From: Chiloscyllium plagiosum
Taxonomy: Eukaryota
Length of the DNA stretch: 35,043 nucleotides
Assembly: GCF_004010195.1 (NCBI RefSeq)
Contig: NC_057757.1
Coordinates: 2,926,156 to 2,961,198 of the forward strand
Direction of reading: 5' to 3'
The translations under genes were made by a program, and so were the position numbers. Below the pieces are notes generated by a model. The model worked only from the letters and a program-made list of their open reading frames with translations, did no database searches and was not told the DNA's origin. Shown piece by piece: positions 22,709 to 33,830 of the stretch; position 1 is the stretch's first letter, and the number at the start of each line of letters is the position of its first letter.

Positions 22709-23441
22709 CCAGTGCTGAGGGAGTGCTGCACTGTTGGAGGGTCAGTGCTGAGGGAGTGCCGCACTGTCGGAGGGTCAGTGCTGAGGGAGTGCCGCACTGT
22801 CGGAGGGTCAGTGCTGAGGGAGCGCCGCACTGTCGGAGGGTCAGTGCTGAGGGAACGCCGCACTGTCGGAGAGTCGGTGCTGCCGCACTGTCGGAGGGTC
22901 AGTGCTGAGGGAGCGCCGCACTGTCGGAGGGTCAGTGCTGAGGGAGCGCCGCACTGTCGGAGGGTCAGTGCTGAGGGAGCGCCGCACTGTCGGAGGGTCA
23001 GTGCTGAGGGAGCGCCGCACTGTCGGAGGGTCAGTGCTGAGGGAGCGCCGCACTGTCGGAGGGTCAGTGCTGAGGGAGCGCCGCACTGTCGGAGGGTCAG
23101 TGCTGAGGGAGCGCCGCACTGTCGGAGGGTCAGTGCTGAGGGAGCGCCGCACTGTCGGAGGGTCAGTGCTGAGGGAGCGCCGCACTGTCGGAGGGTCAGT
23201 GCTGAGGGAGCGCCGCACTGTCGGAGGGTCAGTGCTGAGGGAGCGCCGCACTGTCGGAGAGTCAGTCCTGAGGGAATGCTACACTGTCGGAGGGTCAATC
23301 CTGAGGGAGCGCCGCACTGTCGGAGGGTCAGTGCTGAGGGAACACCGCACTGTCGGAGGGTCAGTGCTGAGGGAACACCGCACTGTCGGAGGGTCAGTGC
23401 TGAGGGAGCGCCGCACTGTCGGAGGGTCAGTCTGAGGGAGT
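22709..23441 (+). repeat. Minisatellite, 33-bp unit CAGTGCTGAGGGAGCGCCGCACTGTCGGAGGGT, about 22 copies
   Basis: 11-aa periodic ORFs; homogeneous centre with diverged edges. Confidence 0.97.
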
Positions 23442-24007
23442 GTTTTAAAGGATGGCTGCATGTTTTGAAAAACAAGTCACTGACCCTCATAGCAAGCCGT
23501 GTCTAATCAGCTGCTGGAACAAGCAGAAACTGAAGGAGCTGCTGAAGAATGGGAGCCGAGGAGTTCTGTATTCAGATACAGCTGGGTGGCATCAAAGAGT
23601 TCATTGGTCTATGGACTAGTGACCAATTACCAAAGGACTTTGCCTGCCAACAATCATGAGATTGTTTCTCAGAAAAATTACCAGCTTGGAGCTGGGAACA
23701 AGATAGAGGGAGAGATCTGATCTCAGCAGCACAGGAGATGTGTCTCAATTCTGTACAGATTAAACCCAGGTTAAAGCTAAAGAAAACCAGGTCATCTTTC
23801 CTTCAGCAGTTGGAATAAGTTGTTGCCTTTAAATGCTAGGTTAGAGATCTTTCAGCCTGTGAACCAGGCATCCAGCTCCTCTCACCAACCAGTGAAAACA
23901 TCCGGAAAGGCATATCGTGGAGGTACCTTCACAAACAATGTTGTGAACAGAGACTAATGGACTACTTTCCCAGTTTCTCCCCATCCATAATCTATTTTCC
24001 CTAAACT

Positions 24008-24105
24008 TCTCTGAAGAAGGGTCACTGGGTCTGAAACATTAACTGAACTTTCTCCCCACTGATGCTGCCAGACCTGTTGAGTTTTTCCAGCAATTTCTGT
24101 TTTTG
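24008..24105 (+). mobile_element. Penelope-like end (family C) with decayed hammerhead
   Basis: CTGAAGA-A-GGGTC-ACTG-GGTCT-GAAACATT...GATGCTGCCAGACCTGTTGAGTTTTTCCAGCA. Confidence 0.6.
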
Positions 24106-24134
24106 TTACTTAATTTTCCCTATTTTTCTTCTGT

Positions 24135-24465
24135 GGTCTGTGTGTGTGTGTCTGTATGTTTCTGTGTGTATTTGTGTCTGTGTGTTGTCTGTGTGTGTGT
24201 TTGTGTGTGTGCGTATATCCGTGTCTGTGTGTTGTCTGTTTCTGTGCATGCATTTATGTGTCTGTGTGCGTACGTGTGCCTGTGTCTGTGTGCGTACGTG
24301 TGCCTGTGTCTGTGTGCGTACGTGTGCCTGTGTATGGTCTGTGCATATGTTTGTGCATAGGTCTGTGCATGGTCTGTGCATAGGTCTGTGCATGGTCTGC
24401 GCATGGGTCTGTGCATGGGTCTGTGCATGGGGTCTGTGCATGGGGTCTGTGCATGGTCTGTGTAT
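24135..24465. repeat. Compound (TG)n microsatellite, 24-bp repeat, and (GGTCTGTGCAT)n 11-13 bp repeats
   Basis: Directly visible. Confidence 0.9.
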
Positions 24466-24860
24466 GGGTTGTGATCCATTGGGATTGGGTACAGTGGGAG
24501 TGAATGGGAAGGGTTGTGATCCATTGGGATTGGGTACAGTGGGAATGAATGGAAGGGGTTTGATCCATTGGAATTGTGTACAGTGGGAGTGAATGGGAAG
24601 GGTTGTGATCCATTGGGATTGGGTACAGTGGGAGTGGATGGGAAGGGGTTTTGATTCATTGGGATTGGGTACAGTGGGAATGAATGGGAAGGGTTGTGGT
24701 CCATTGGGATTGGGTACAGTGGGAATGAATGGGCAGGGGTTTGATCCATTGGGATTGGGTACAGTGGGAGTGAATGGGAAGGGTTGCGATCCATTAGGAT
24801 TGGGTACAGTGGGAGTGAATGGGAAGGGGTTTGATCCATTGGGATTGGGTAGAGTGGGAA
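24466..24860. repeat. Minisatellite, 45-bp unit GGGTTGTGATCCATTGGGATTGGGTACAGTGGGAGTGAATGGGAA, about 8.5 copies
   Basis: 15-aa periodic translation; five GGG runs per unit. Confidence 0.95.
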
Positions 24861-25184
24861 AGTGGTTGATAGCTGATGGGGGCTGAAACGTTGGGAGTGA
24901 ATCGATTGGGTTATGCTCAAAAAAGCCGTAAGGAATTTTTTTTATCATGTCATCGATTTTGCTAATGTGTGTTTGTGACTTTCTATCAGATAAAGTGGGT
25001 TGTAATCTCATAATAATTGCTGGCAGATAACGTTCAGGAGCAAGAGTAAGTGTATGTGAATAACTGCTATTTTGCACAGAAGGGAGGTCAGATAAATATT
25101 CTTATCTTCCATCATGCAGAGCCACAGCCAGTCAGAAATTCCTGTATCTGTGCACCAACTCACAATTCATATCGTCATTGACCA

Positions 25185-25450
25185 AGGGAAAGAAAGACTG
25201 CATTTTTATAGCACCTTTCATGACCTCAGCATATTCCAAAACACTTTATAGATAATGAAGTGCCTTTACTATGTTGCAATGTAGAGACAGAGCTGATTAA
25301 TGCACCTCAAACCAGAACAGGAATCAGACTGGTGGTCAGATTGCTGATTCTGTGATAGGGTTTGTTGTGAATAAGCTGTTGTTGGGACAAAGGGATGGTT
25401 CTTCACTGGAACCCTTTGAAATAACATTGCATAATCATTGACTTCCAGAG
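25185..25450 (-). mobile_element. Deu-domain SINE (SacSINE1/AmnSINE1-like) 3' part, old
   Basis: TGCATTTTTATAGCACCTTTCATGACCTCAG..TCCAAAACACTTTA..AATGAAGT resembles the reverse complement of the DeuSINE tail (from recall). Confidence 0.55.
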
Positions 25451-25499
25451 GGTGGGTCTGTCGGCTGATCATGGGAGGGACTCTCAGATGCTTCGAACA

Positions 25500-26990
25500 T
25501 CAGAACTAGGGACAGGAGGAGGCCATTCAGCCCCTTGATCCCGCTTCACCATTCAACACCATCCTGGCTGATCTCACCTCAGTCTCAACTCCACTGTCCG
25601 GTCCACCCTTCACCCCATTACTGATTGAACGTCTGTCTCTCTCCCCTTTAAATATATACAATGTCCCAGCACTCTGGGGGAGTGAATTCCACAGACTTAG
25701 AATCCTTTGAGAAAAGTAATTGCTCCTGATATCTGAATTAAATCTGCCAACCTTTAACCACTCATTCCACATTGCCCCACAGGAGCAAACATCTTCTGTA
25801 CAAAGAGCAAAAGAGAGGTACAGCACAGGAACAGGCCCTTCAGCCCACCAAGCCTGGCTGATCATCATGCCCTAAACTAAACTAAAAAAACAAACCTTTT
25901 GCCCTTATTCAGTCTGTATCCTTCTGTTCCCTCCCTATTCATGTAACTATCCAGGTGCCTCTTAAATGTCCCTAATGTGGCTGCTTCTACCATCTCTCCT
26001 GGCAGTGCATTCCAGGTTCCTACTATGCTTTACATGAAAAACTTCCCTCACACATCTCCTTCAAACTTTCCCCTCTCCCCTTGAACCTGTGCCCCCTTGT
26101 TATTGAAACATCAACCCTGGGAAAAAGCCTCTGACTATCCACCCTATCTATGCCTCTCATAATTTTGTAGACCTCTATCATGTCTCCTCTCAGTCACCGT
26201 CTTTCCAGTGAAAACAATCCTAGTCTTTTTAACCTTTCCCCAGAGCCAATGCCCTTGAGATTAGGCAACATCCTGGTGAACCTTCTTTGCACTTTCTCTC
26301 CAAAGCTTCCACATCCTTCTGGTAGTGTGGTGACCAAAACTGCACACAATACTCCAAATGCGGCCTAACAAGGGGTTTATATGGCTGCAACATGATTCGC
26401 CAACTCTTGTACTCCATGCCCCAGCTGATGAAGACATGCACGCCATGTGCCTTCTTAATCACCACGGCCACCTGAGTTGCCACTTTTAAGGAGCTGTGGG
26501 CCTGCACACCCAGATCCAGCTGTATTTTAATGTTCCTAAGGATTCTGATATTTACAGTATAATTCACATCTAAATTTGATCCTCCAAAATGCATCACCTT
26601 GCATTTGTCTGGATTAAACTCCATCTGCCATTTCTGTGCCCAAGTCGCCAATCTATCCATATCCTGTTGTATCCTTTCTTAACCATCGGCATTATCAGCA
26701 ACTCCACCAGTCCTTGTGTCCTCTGCAGTCTCACTAATCAGACCACCCACATCTTCCTCCATTTCTTCTACATATACGTTGTCAACCCACATTAACATCT
26801 TTTATATCTCAATTAAATCTCCCCTCACTCTTCAAAACTCCAGAGAGTATCAGTCTGAACTGTTCAATCTCTCTCCAAAAGGCAACCCCTCATCTCTGGA
26901 ATCCATCTCTCATGAACTTCCTGAAGACTGCCTCCAATGTGACTGTCTCTCTCCTCAGGTAAGGGGACCCAAACTGTAGCAATACCCAAG
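25500..26990 (-). mobile_element. Nested CR1-type LINE fragments (older copy about 25500-25800 and 26790-26990; younger copy about 25810-26770)
   Basis: WAQKWQMEFNPDKC...LVRPHLEYCVQFWSP; YFSQRILSLWNSLPQ. Confidence 0.85.
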
Positions 26991-27139
26991 GTATGTTAAA
27001 TAGTTTACTTCATATAAATTTAGAACTTATCATTCTGAAACATATCACTTTAGAAAGTACCATTCAATTAACAATCACTTTTGTAAATATCCTTAACATC
27101 TTGGTTTTCATTATTTGTTGGCATCTGAAGAACAGCACT

Positions 27140-27260
27140 TTTTTTTTAAAAAAACCTATTTTTCTAAGCAACTTGCTCAGAGGTATAATTACACACCTTT
27201 GGAGCAAGTGGGACTTGAACCTGGGTCTCTTGGTCCAGAGGTGTGGACAATACCACCATG
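27140..27260 (-). mobile_element. Short tRNA-derived SINE
   Basis: Minus-strand B-box GGTTCAAGTCCC and an A-rich tail. Confidence 0.5.
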
Positions 27261-27267
27261 TCATTTA

Positions 27268-27455
27268 TTGGGCAATTTAGCATGACCAACACACCCTCAC
27301 CTGCGCATCTTTGGACTGTGGGAGGAAACCGGAGCACCCAGAGGAAACCCACGCAGACACGGGGAGAATATACAAACTCCACACAGATAGTCGCCCAAGG
27401 CTGGAATCAAACCTGGGTCCCTGGTGCTGTGAGGTAGCAACACTAACCACTGAGG
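27268..27455 (-). mobile_element. HE1-type V-SINE (5' tRNA head + V domain)
   Basis: TGGACTGTGGGAGGAAACCGGAGCACCCAGAGGAAACCCACGCAGACACGGGGAGAA is the reverse complement of the V-domain core; head has A/B boxes. Confidence 0.85.
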
Positions 27456-27594
27456 AAATCTGCCAGTTTATATGTGACCCACAGCGCTGAGGTTGACTCC
27501 TCCTTGCAATTCAGGAAGGAATGCTGAGCTAGCCAGTTGACACCAATGACTCATTAATGAATAACTTAAACAATGCTCTCAATGACCTGGATAA

Positions 27595-27780
27595 GGCAAA
27601 GTCACCATAGCCCCAGTGTCTGCTGTCTCATCAGTACTTTAACCTGAGGGTCACCATGCCTCCGGCAAAGGGAGAGGTTGAGAAGGAGAGCTCTTCACAA
27701 TGGCCTCAGCTGGGGTAGGAATTGAACCCGTACCAACTCTGGCATCACTCTGCATCATAAACTAACCCAGCCCATCAAGC
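27595..27780 (-). mobile_element. tRNA-derived SINE, degenerate
   Basis: Minus-strand B-box GGGTTCAATTCC (about 27718-27729). Confidence 0.45.
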
Positions 27781-27821
27781 CATTTCACCCCCTGGCCTGG
27801 GTCATAGCCGCCATCAAATAA

Positions 27822-27880
27822 GTGTGCTTCCAATTAAACCTGTTGGACTATAACCTGGTCCAACACCGGCATCTCCATAT
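27822..27880 (+). mobile_element. 59-bp Penelope-like family A insertion with 10-bp TSD
   Basis: CATCAAATAA at 27812-27821 and 27881-27890; the insert matches 1761-1798 exactly, then the element end after an internal deletion. Confidence 0.8.
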
Positions 27881-28414
27881 CATCAAATAATTCAGCTGTC
27901 TAAGCTCATTGGATTGCTACTAAAATTCCTTCTTGCTGCAAGTTGTCACAGGAAGAGCAGGTGCATTGGGAATGTAGGCCTGTTGGGACTTATTGTGGGT
28001 CTACCCACAGCACAGGGACTGTAGCGGTTCACCCTCACCTACTCAAAGGGGCAACTAGGGACGGGTAATAAATGCTTGGCCCAGCCAGAGTCACCCATGT
28101 CCCACAAGGGAATGAATCAATGGCTGGGAGAGTTTCTCTGTTAAGGTCAGTCTGTATCGGATATTGATGGAATTTGAGACAAGGTCTGTTACATCAGGGG
28201 GAACAGTGATATTGAGAACAGCCAGAACAATGGGGAATGGGTTAGATTTGACTGGAGCCCTCTTCATTGACTCCAGCCACTGCTGGAGGAACCATTCTTC
28301 ACAAACACTCCTCACTCGAAGCACTAACTACTCTGGGTTAGGCTGGGGCGTTCAAGTAGGGGCCTGGGATTACATACAACTGTGCTCATTGAGAGTGAAT
28401 GGGGGGTGGGGGTT

Positions 28415-28670
28415 AATAAATGGGTGTTTAATTGCAGTCAGGGTTAATTATTGTGGGGTGTTAGTTATAATGAGTTTTAATTATTGTGGGAGTTAAATTA
28501 TAGTGAGGGTTAATTTCAGTGGGGTTTAATTTGGGGGATAATGACAGTAAGATGTGCAGGTTAATTGGACCGGTTGGAGTTAATCACACAGTTCGTGGGG
28601 GTGGATTAATTACAATAGTGGTAATTACAGTCGGTGGGCGAATTATTGAGGGTTAAAGGGGTTAGTATTG
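28415..28670. repeat. Low-complexity TAATT/GGG-rich degenerate repeat
   Basis: Recurring GGGTTAATT motifs, C-poor. Confidence 0.6.
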
Positions 28671-29784
28671 GACAACAGCCATTTGAGCCAACAGTTGAAT
28701 TACTCAGATGGAGGAAGGTCACTCTGAAATGTTAACTCTTTCTCTCTGTCTGACCGCACTGGGCACGGCCAGCTCCTTCAGATTTTCCCGCTATTTTTGT
28801 TTGATCTCTTGAGCCTTCCTCTTGTGGGATTGGGTCCCTGTTCCTGATTGGGTCCCATCTCCAAATAACTTCCACGACTGGCTCCCCGTTACATCCCTCA
28901 GTGTCGGTATCACACCTTTCTGGCCCAGTTTGGAACACAAGACAAACTCGTCTCTCAAATGTGGTGATTGGGAGTGTCTCCCAAAGAGACCATGCTCCAG
29001 CAGGACAAATGAATAAACGGGATTTTTCAAAGACAATTAAAGAGGAAACAGTTTGTTACTAACCACCTACCCCCGCTGCGATGTTTCCCCCGGGTATTGC
29101 TTCCAGCTTTTCAGAAGTTAATTCCCAAATTCTAGTAATTCCAGGTCAACCTGGTCCTGGATTGTACATGCAACTGACTCTGAGATGGAATGAATTTCTC
29201 CAGACGGGTACAGACGAGAGGGACTGATAAAATGTAACAGAACATTACAGAGCGGTACTCTGAGATCTGAGAGAGAGATGAATCCTGCTTTGTTCCTAAT
29301 GTTTGTCACCTGGAAATGTTGTGGTTTTGTTGATGGGAGGGGACCATCTGTTGTGTTGTTTGATGAGAATCAAATCATAGGGTGAGTGGACCACAAAGCA
29401 AGCAGGACTAGTCCCTGTACAGAAACCTCTCATTTCAATATCTTTGAGGTGCAATTGACCCAATGATTGAAGACTCCTCCAACCCACAACGGCAGCATTT
29501 ATTCATCAGGCTCACAGAGTGTGTTGGCAAAATATTTCCTTTTATCGAAGACAAAACTGTTTCCTATCCTCCCCCTCCCACCATCTGTCCACCGAATTCC
29601 TCACACTGGAGTCTGTCTCGTTACCTTATCAAAGCGTACTTAGACTCCATTAAACATGTTGAACTAACTAAACGCGATAACCACCGGCAGTCTAGAGTTA
29701 CAGGCAAATTATTTGCATTGGATCTAAACTGCTGGACTCTGGATTCAGCATCAACATCAATAAACCATTCCAATTGGTTGGGGA

Positions 29785-30058
29785 TTCTAGACCAAGGGGC
29801 ATAGTCTGTGAATGAGGGCCAGTCTGATCAGGAGAGATGTGAGGAAGGACTTGTACACCCACAGGGCGGGAGAGGTTTGGAACTGTCTCCCACCATGGCA
29901 GTGGATGCTGGCTCAGTTGTTCAGTTCAAATCTGAGATGGATGAATTGCACAAATATTCAGGTCAAAGGCAGGGATATTGAGTTTGGCCACAGACCAGCC
30001 ATGATCTTGTTGACTGGTGGAACGGACTGGAGGGGCTGAATGGACAATTCCTATGTTT
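29785..30058 (+). mobile_element. Old CR1-type LINE 3' end
   Basis: RDVRKDLYTHRAGEVWNCLP; tail GAGGGGCTGAATGG...TTCCTATGT. Confidence 0.7.
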
Positions 30059-30436
30059 CTAGTCCCAGATCCAAAGTCTCTCCGTACTGACCCCGTGGTG
30101 GTTTCTGGCTGTGATGTCTCTCTCACACTTTCCTCCAAAGTTTCTTTCCTGGCTTAGCTCCTTACGATCCTCCCTTCTGTCATTTTCTCACCGCCCATCC
30201 CCACAACCGATCGTTCTGCTGTAACATGACAGCTATGTCCCTCTGTGACCTTGCGCTAAGGTAAACTGCTGTAGGAATCATGTTGTGGCGGTCACGCTAT
30301 GGAAAACCCTGCATACCCATTCAGCAGAAGGTTCACGAGATGCAAACTACACCCACAATTCATCAATTGTGTGATAACTAATTCATGCTGAGGAAACACT
30401 GTACCCCATCCTTTCAGTTTGGTCTTACTTCTGTCC

Positions 30437-30612
30437 CAGGCAAAAGTGAGGACTGCAGACACTGGAAATCAGAGTCTAGATCAGAGTGGTGCTGGAAAAG
30501 CACAGCAGGTCAGGCAGCATCCGAGGAGCAGGAGAAAGCCCTTCATCAGGACTGAAGGCAGGAGCCTCCAGGGTGGAGAGATAAATGGGAGGGGGGTGGG
30601 ATGATGAAGGGC
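30437..30612 (-). mobile_element. Penelope-like pLTR fragment (family B) with inverted 12-nt cap and 14-bp TSD
   Basis: TCTTACTTCTG(T/C)CC at 30423-30436 and 30613-30626; GCCCTTCATCAGG near 30538 and inverted ATGATGAAGGGC at 30601-30612. Confidence 0.75.
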
Positions 30613-30968
30613 TCTTACTTCTGCCCTGTTGTATCATCATGTTTATTCACTTCCGGTGATTAGGCCATTCCCCCAAAACATTCACTTTTGTTCCTGTCCC
30701 CACCGCTGCTGCTATTTCCAGCATTTTCTGTTTTTATTTCAACATCCACAGCCATTCACTTAGAAAATAGGAGCGGGCATCTGGTGCAGGGGAACAAATT
30801 GTACAAACTAGTCCAGGGAGGGCAGTATTTTGATTTGACGTACAGTGAAATTATTGTCCCTGTATAATTTTTACTTGTTTTGCTTCTTTGTAAAATCTAC
30901 CCATTGAGCCTGCTCCCCATTTAATACGATTAGAGATAAAAATAACTGCAGATGCTGGAATCCAGGCT

Positions 30969-31904
30969 GGACAGGCAGGAGGCTGGGGGAACCCAGCAAG
31001 GCAGGCAGCATCAGGAGGGACAGGCAGGAGGCTGGGGGAACACAGCAAGCCAGGCAGCATCAGGAGGGACAGGCAGGAGACTGGGGGAACACAGCAAGCC
31101 AGGCAGCATCAGGAGGGACAGGCAGGAGGCAGGAAGAACACAGCAAGCCAGGCAGCATCAGGAGGGACAGGCAGGAGGCAGGAAGAACACAGCAAGCCAG
31201 GCAGCATCAGGAGGGACAGGCAGGAGGCAGGAAGAACACAGCAAGCCAGGCAGCATCAGGAGGGACAGGCAGGAGGCAGGAAGAACACAGCAAGCCAGGC
31301 AGCATCAGGAGGGACAGGCAGGAGGCAGGAAGAACACAGCAAGCCAGGCAGCATCAGGAGGGACAGGCAGGAGGCAGGAAGAACACAGCAAGCCAGGCAG
31401 CATCAGGAGGGACAGGCAGGAGGCAGGAAGAACACAGCAAGCCAGGCAGCATCAGGAGGGACAGGCAGGAGGCAGGAAGAACACAGCAAGCCAGGCAGCA
31501 TCAGGAGGGACAGGCAGGAGGCAGGAAGAACACAGCAAGCCAGGCAGCATCAGGAGGGACAGGCAGGAGGCAGGAAGAACACAGCAAGCCAGGCAGCATC
31601 AGGAGGGACAGGCAGGAGGCAGGAAGAACACAGCAAGCCAGGCAGCATCAGGAGGGACAGGCAGGAGGCAGGAAGAACACAGCAAGCCAGGCAGCATCAG
31701 GAGGGACAGGCAGGAGGCAGGAAGAACACAGCAAGCCAGGCAGCATCAGGAGGGACAGGCAGGAGGCAGGAAGAACACAGCAAGCCAGGCAGCATCAGGA
31801 GGGACAGGCAGGAGGCAGGAAGAACACAGCAAGCCAGGCAGCATCAGGAGGGACAGGCAGGAGGCAGGAAGAACACAGCAAGCCAGGCAGCATCAGGAGG
31901 GACA
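30969..31904. repeat. Minisatellite, 49-bp unit GCAGGAGGCAGGAAGAACACAGCAAGCCAGGCAGCATCAGGAGGGACAG, about 19 copies, derived from a Penelope-like end
   Basis: Period 49 (31141, 31190...); preceded by ACTGCAGATGCTGGAATC as in the family B copies. Confidence 0.95.
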
Positions 31905-32109
31905 GGGAGTCGGTGGGTGGGAGGGGAGATGGGGACTGGGAAGGGAGTCATGGCTGATCATCCGCCCCAGGCCCCTGTTCCCGCCATCTCCCCAAAGCCC
32001 TTTGATCCCTTTCGTCAAAACAAACAAGAACATACTGCGTCTTGAAGAGACAATGTTTCGGCGATTTTTGCCTCAGGTTGATGAGACGTATGTACGTTAG
32101 CTCGCTGAC

Positions 32110-32945
32110 TGACATACTTACACAATGTTTCAGCCCCAACCTCTCCCTGTGCCAGTGAATTCCATGGGCTCCCTGCGCTCTGGGTGAAGCCACCCTCCTC
32201 ATCTTAGGCCTTATCCTTAAACTCTGACCCCTGGTTGTGGACTCTCCCACCATCAGGCGTATCCTTCTTTTTTCTAACCTGTCTAGCCCCGTTAGAATTT
32301 TATAGGTTTCTATGAGGTGCCCCCTCCCCCTCGTTCTTCTAAACTCCAATGAGTACAACCTTACTGACTCAGCCTTTCCTCATACATCAGTCCTGCCTTC
32401 CCAGGATTCAGTGTGATAAACCTTCGCTGCATTCCCTTGACAGCAGTAACATCCTTTCTCAGAGAAGGTGACCAGAACGGTACACACTATTCCAGGTACA
32501 CACTATTCCAGGTACACACTATTCATTAATGCTCTGTACAATTGCAGTAAGATATCCTTGTTCCTCTACTCGAATCCTCTCACCATTAAGGCCAACACAC
32601 AGTTTGCCTTCTTCCCTGTACCGAGAGTGTGGTGCTGGAAAAGCACAAGCAGCATCCGAGGAACACCACACTCTCGACCCTGATCTCCAGCGTCTGCAGT
32701 CCTCACTTTCTCCTCCTTCTGCCCTGTACCTCCACGCTCAGAGGCTGACACATGAAGACACTCAGGTCTCATTGAACATTCCCCTCTCTCAAATTACAGC
32801 CTTACAAATCAGAATCTGCCTTCCTGGCCTTGCTACCAAAGCGGATGACCTCACATTTATCCACACTGTACAGCATCTGCCCACTCCTTCAGCCTGTCCA
32901 AATCCCACTGCAACAATCCTCCTCCCACCCAGCTTCGTGTTACCT
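32110..32945 (-). mobile_element. CR1-type LINE 3' fragment, decayed
   Basis: YSLEFRRTRG..LIETYKILTGLDRL on the minus strand. Confidence 0.8.
32623..32714. mobile_element. Penelope-like insertion with inverted configuration and 16-bp TSD
   Basis: CCTTCT(T/G)CCCTGTACC at 32607-32622 and 32715-32730; CGAGAGTGTGGTG...CACCACACTCTCG inverted pair. Confidence 0.75.
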
Positions 32946-33599
32946 GTAGGCTGCTATGTTGTTCAGTAGCTGGAATATGGTACCTTATCAAATGCTGTTA
33001 GGGATTCCAATTCAATGACAGCTCCTGGCTCCCCTTTATCTCTCCTGTGTGTGACACCCTCCCAGAGCTCGAATAAATGTATCACGCTGACCCTGCCCAA
33101 TTAGATTATATGTCTCTAAATGCTGAGCTGTGACATCCTGTGTCATAGACTCTCACATTTTCCTAATGGGTCAGAATCCTGCAATTCCCTCCCTAATGAC
33201 ATTGTGGGTCTACGTACATTCTCAAAGTGAGACCTCACTCTCCACCTGAATGAAGGATTCCATCATATTCCAGTCACCTCTCATCTGGGGGTAGGTAAGG
33301 GTCTCCTGGCCATGTTACTCATTATGAGTTTCCCATTACACACAGAGTTAAGGGATACGGGGAGAGTGCCGGTGAGTGGCATTGAAATGCCCATCAGTCA
33401 TGATTAAATGGTGGAGTGGACTTGATGGGATTATGTCTTATGGTCTTAAGCCCCTGGCTAGGATGGCCTGATCTCTAATTGGTTCTTTAATGTGTTGGTC
33501 CATCCTGTACACTCTAAGGAGTTCCTCCTGTGCGGTTTTGTGCCTAATTTGTTTCACTCAATGGAGATGAAGATTAAAATCACTCTTAATTACTGATGG

Positions 33600-33830
33600 T
33601 GGGGTGCCCATCTATCTGTTGCCCTTGTCCTTCTCAATGGATGCGGTCATGGCTGTGTCTAAGAAGCCTTGGTGAATTTCTGCAGAGCATCTTGTAGAGA
33701 GTACACATTGCTGCTACTGAGCGTCAGTGGGTGTTTGTGGATGTGGTGTCAATCAAGCAGCTGCTTTGTCCTGGATGGTGTTGAGCTTCTTGAGTGTTGT
33801 TGGAGCTGCCCCCCATCCAGGCAAGTGGGA
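33600..33830 (-). mobile_element. LINE fragment (same family as 17235-17925)
   Basis: Reverse complement of CCACTTGCC.TGGATGGGGGCAGCTCCAACAAC...ACCATCCAGGACAAAGCAGC. Confidence 0.8.

Noticed and set aside
22693..23506. 264/265-aa repetitive Cys/His/Arg ORFs on both strands; CRISPR-like appearance
   Set aside because: 33-bp tandem repeat with no unique spacers, in a eukaryotic context with no cas genes.
24062..25077. ORFs up to 323 aa
   Set aside because: Microsatellite and minisatellite translation.
30952..32100. 382-aa ORF
   Set aside because: Translation of a 49-bp T-poor tandem repeat; no splice or domain evidence.
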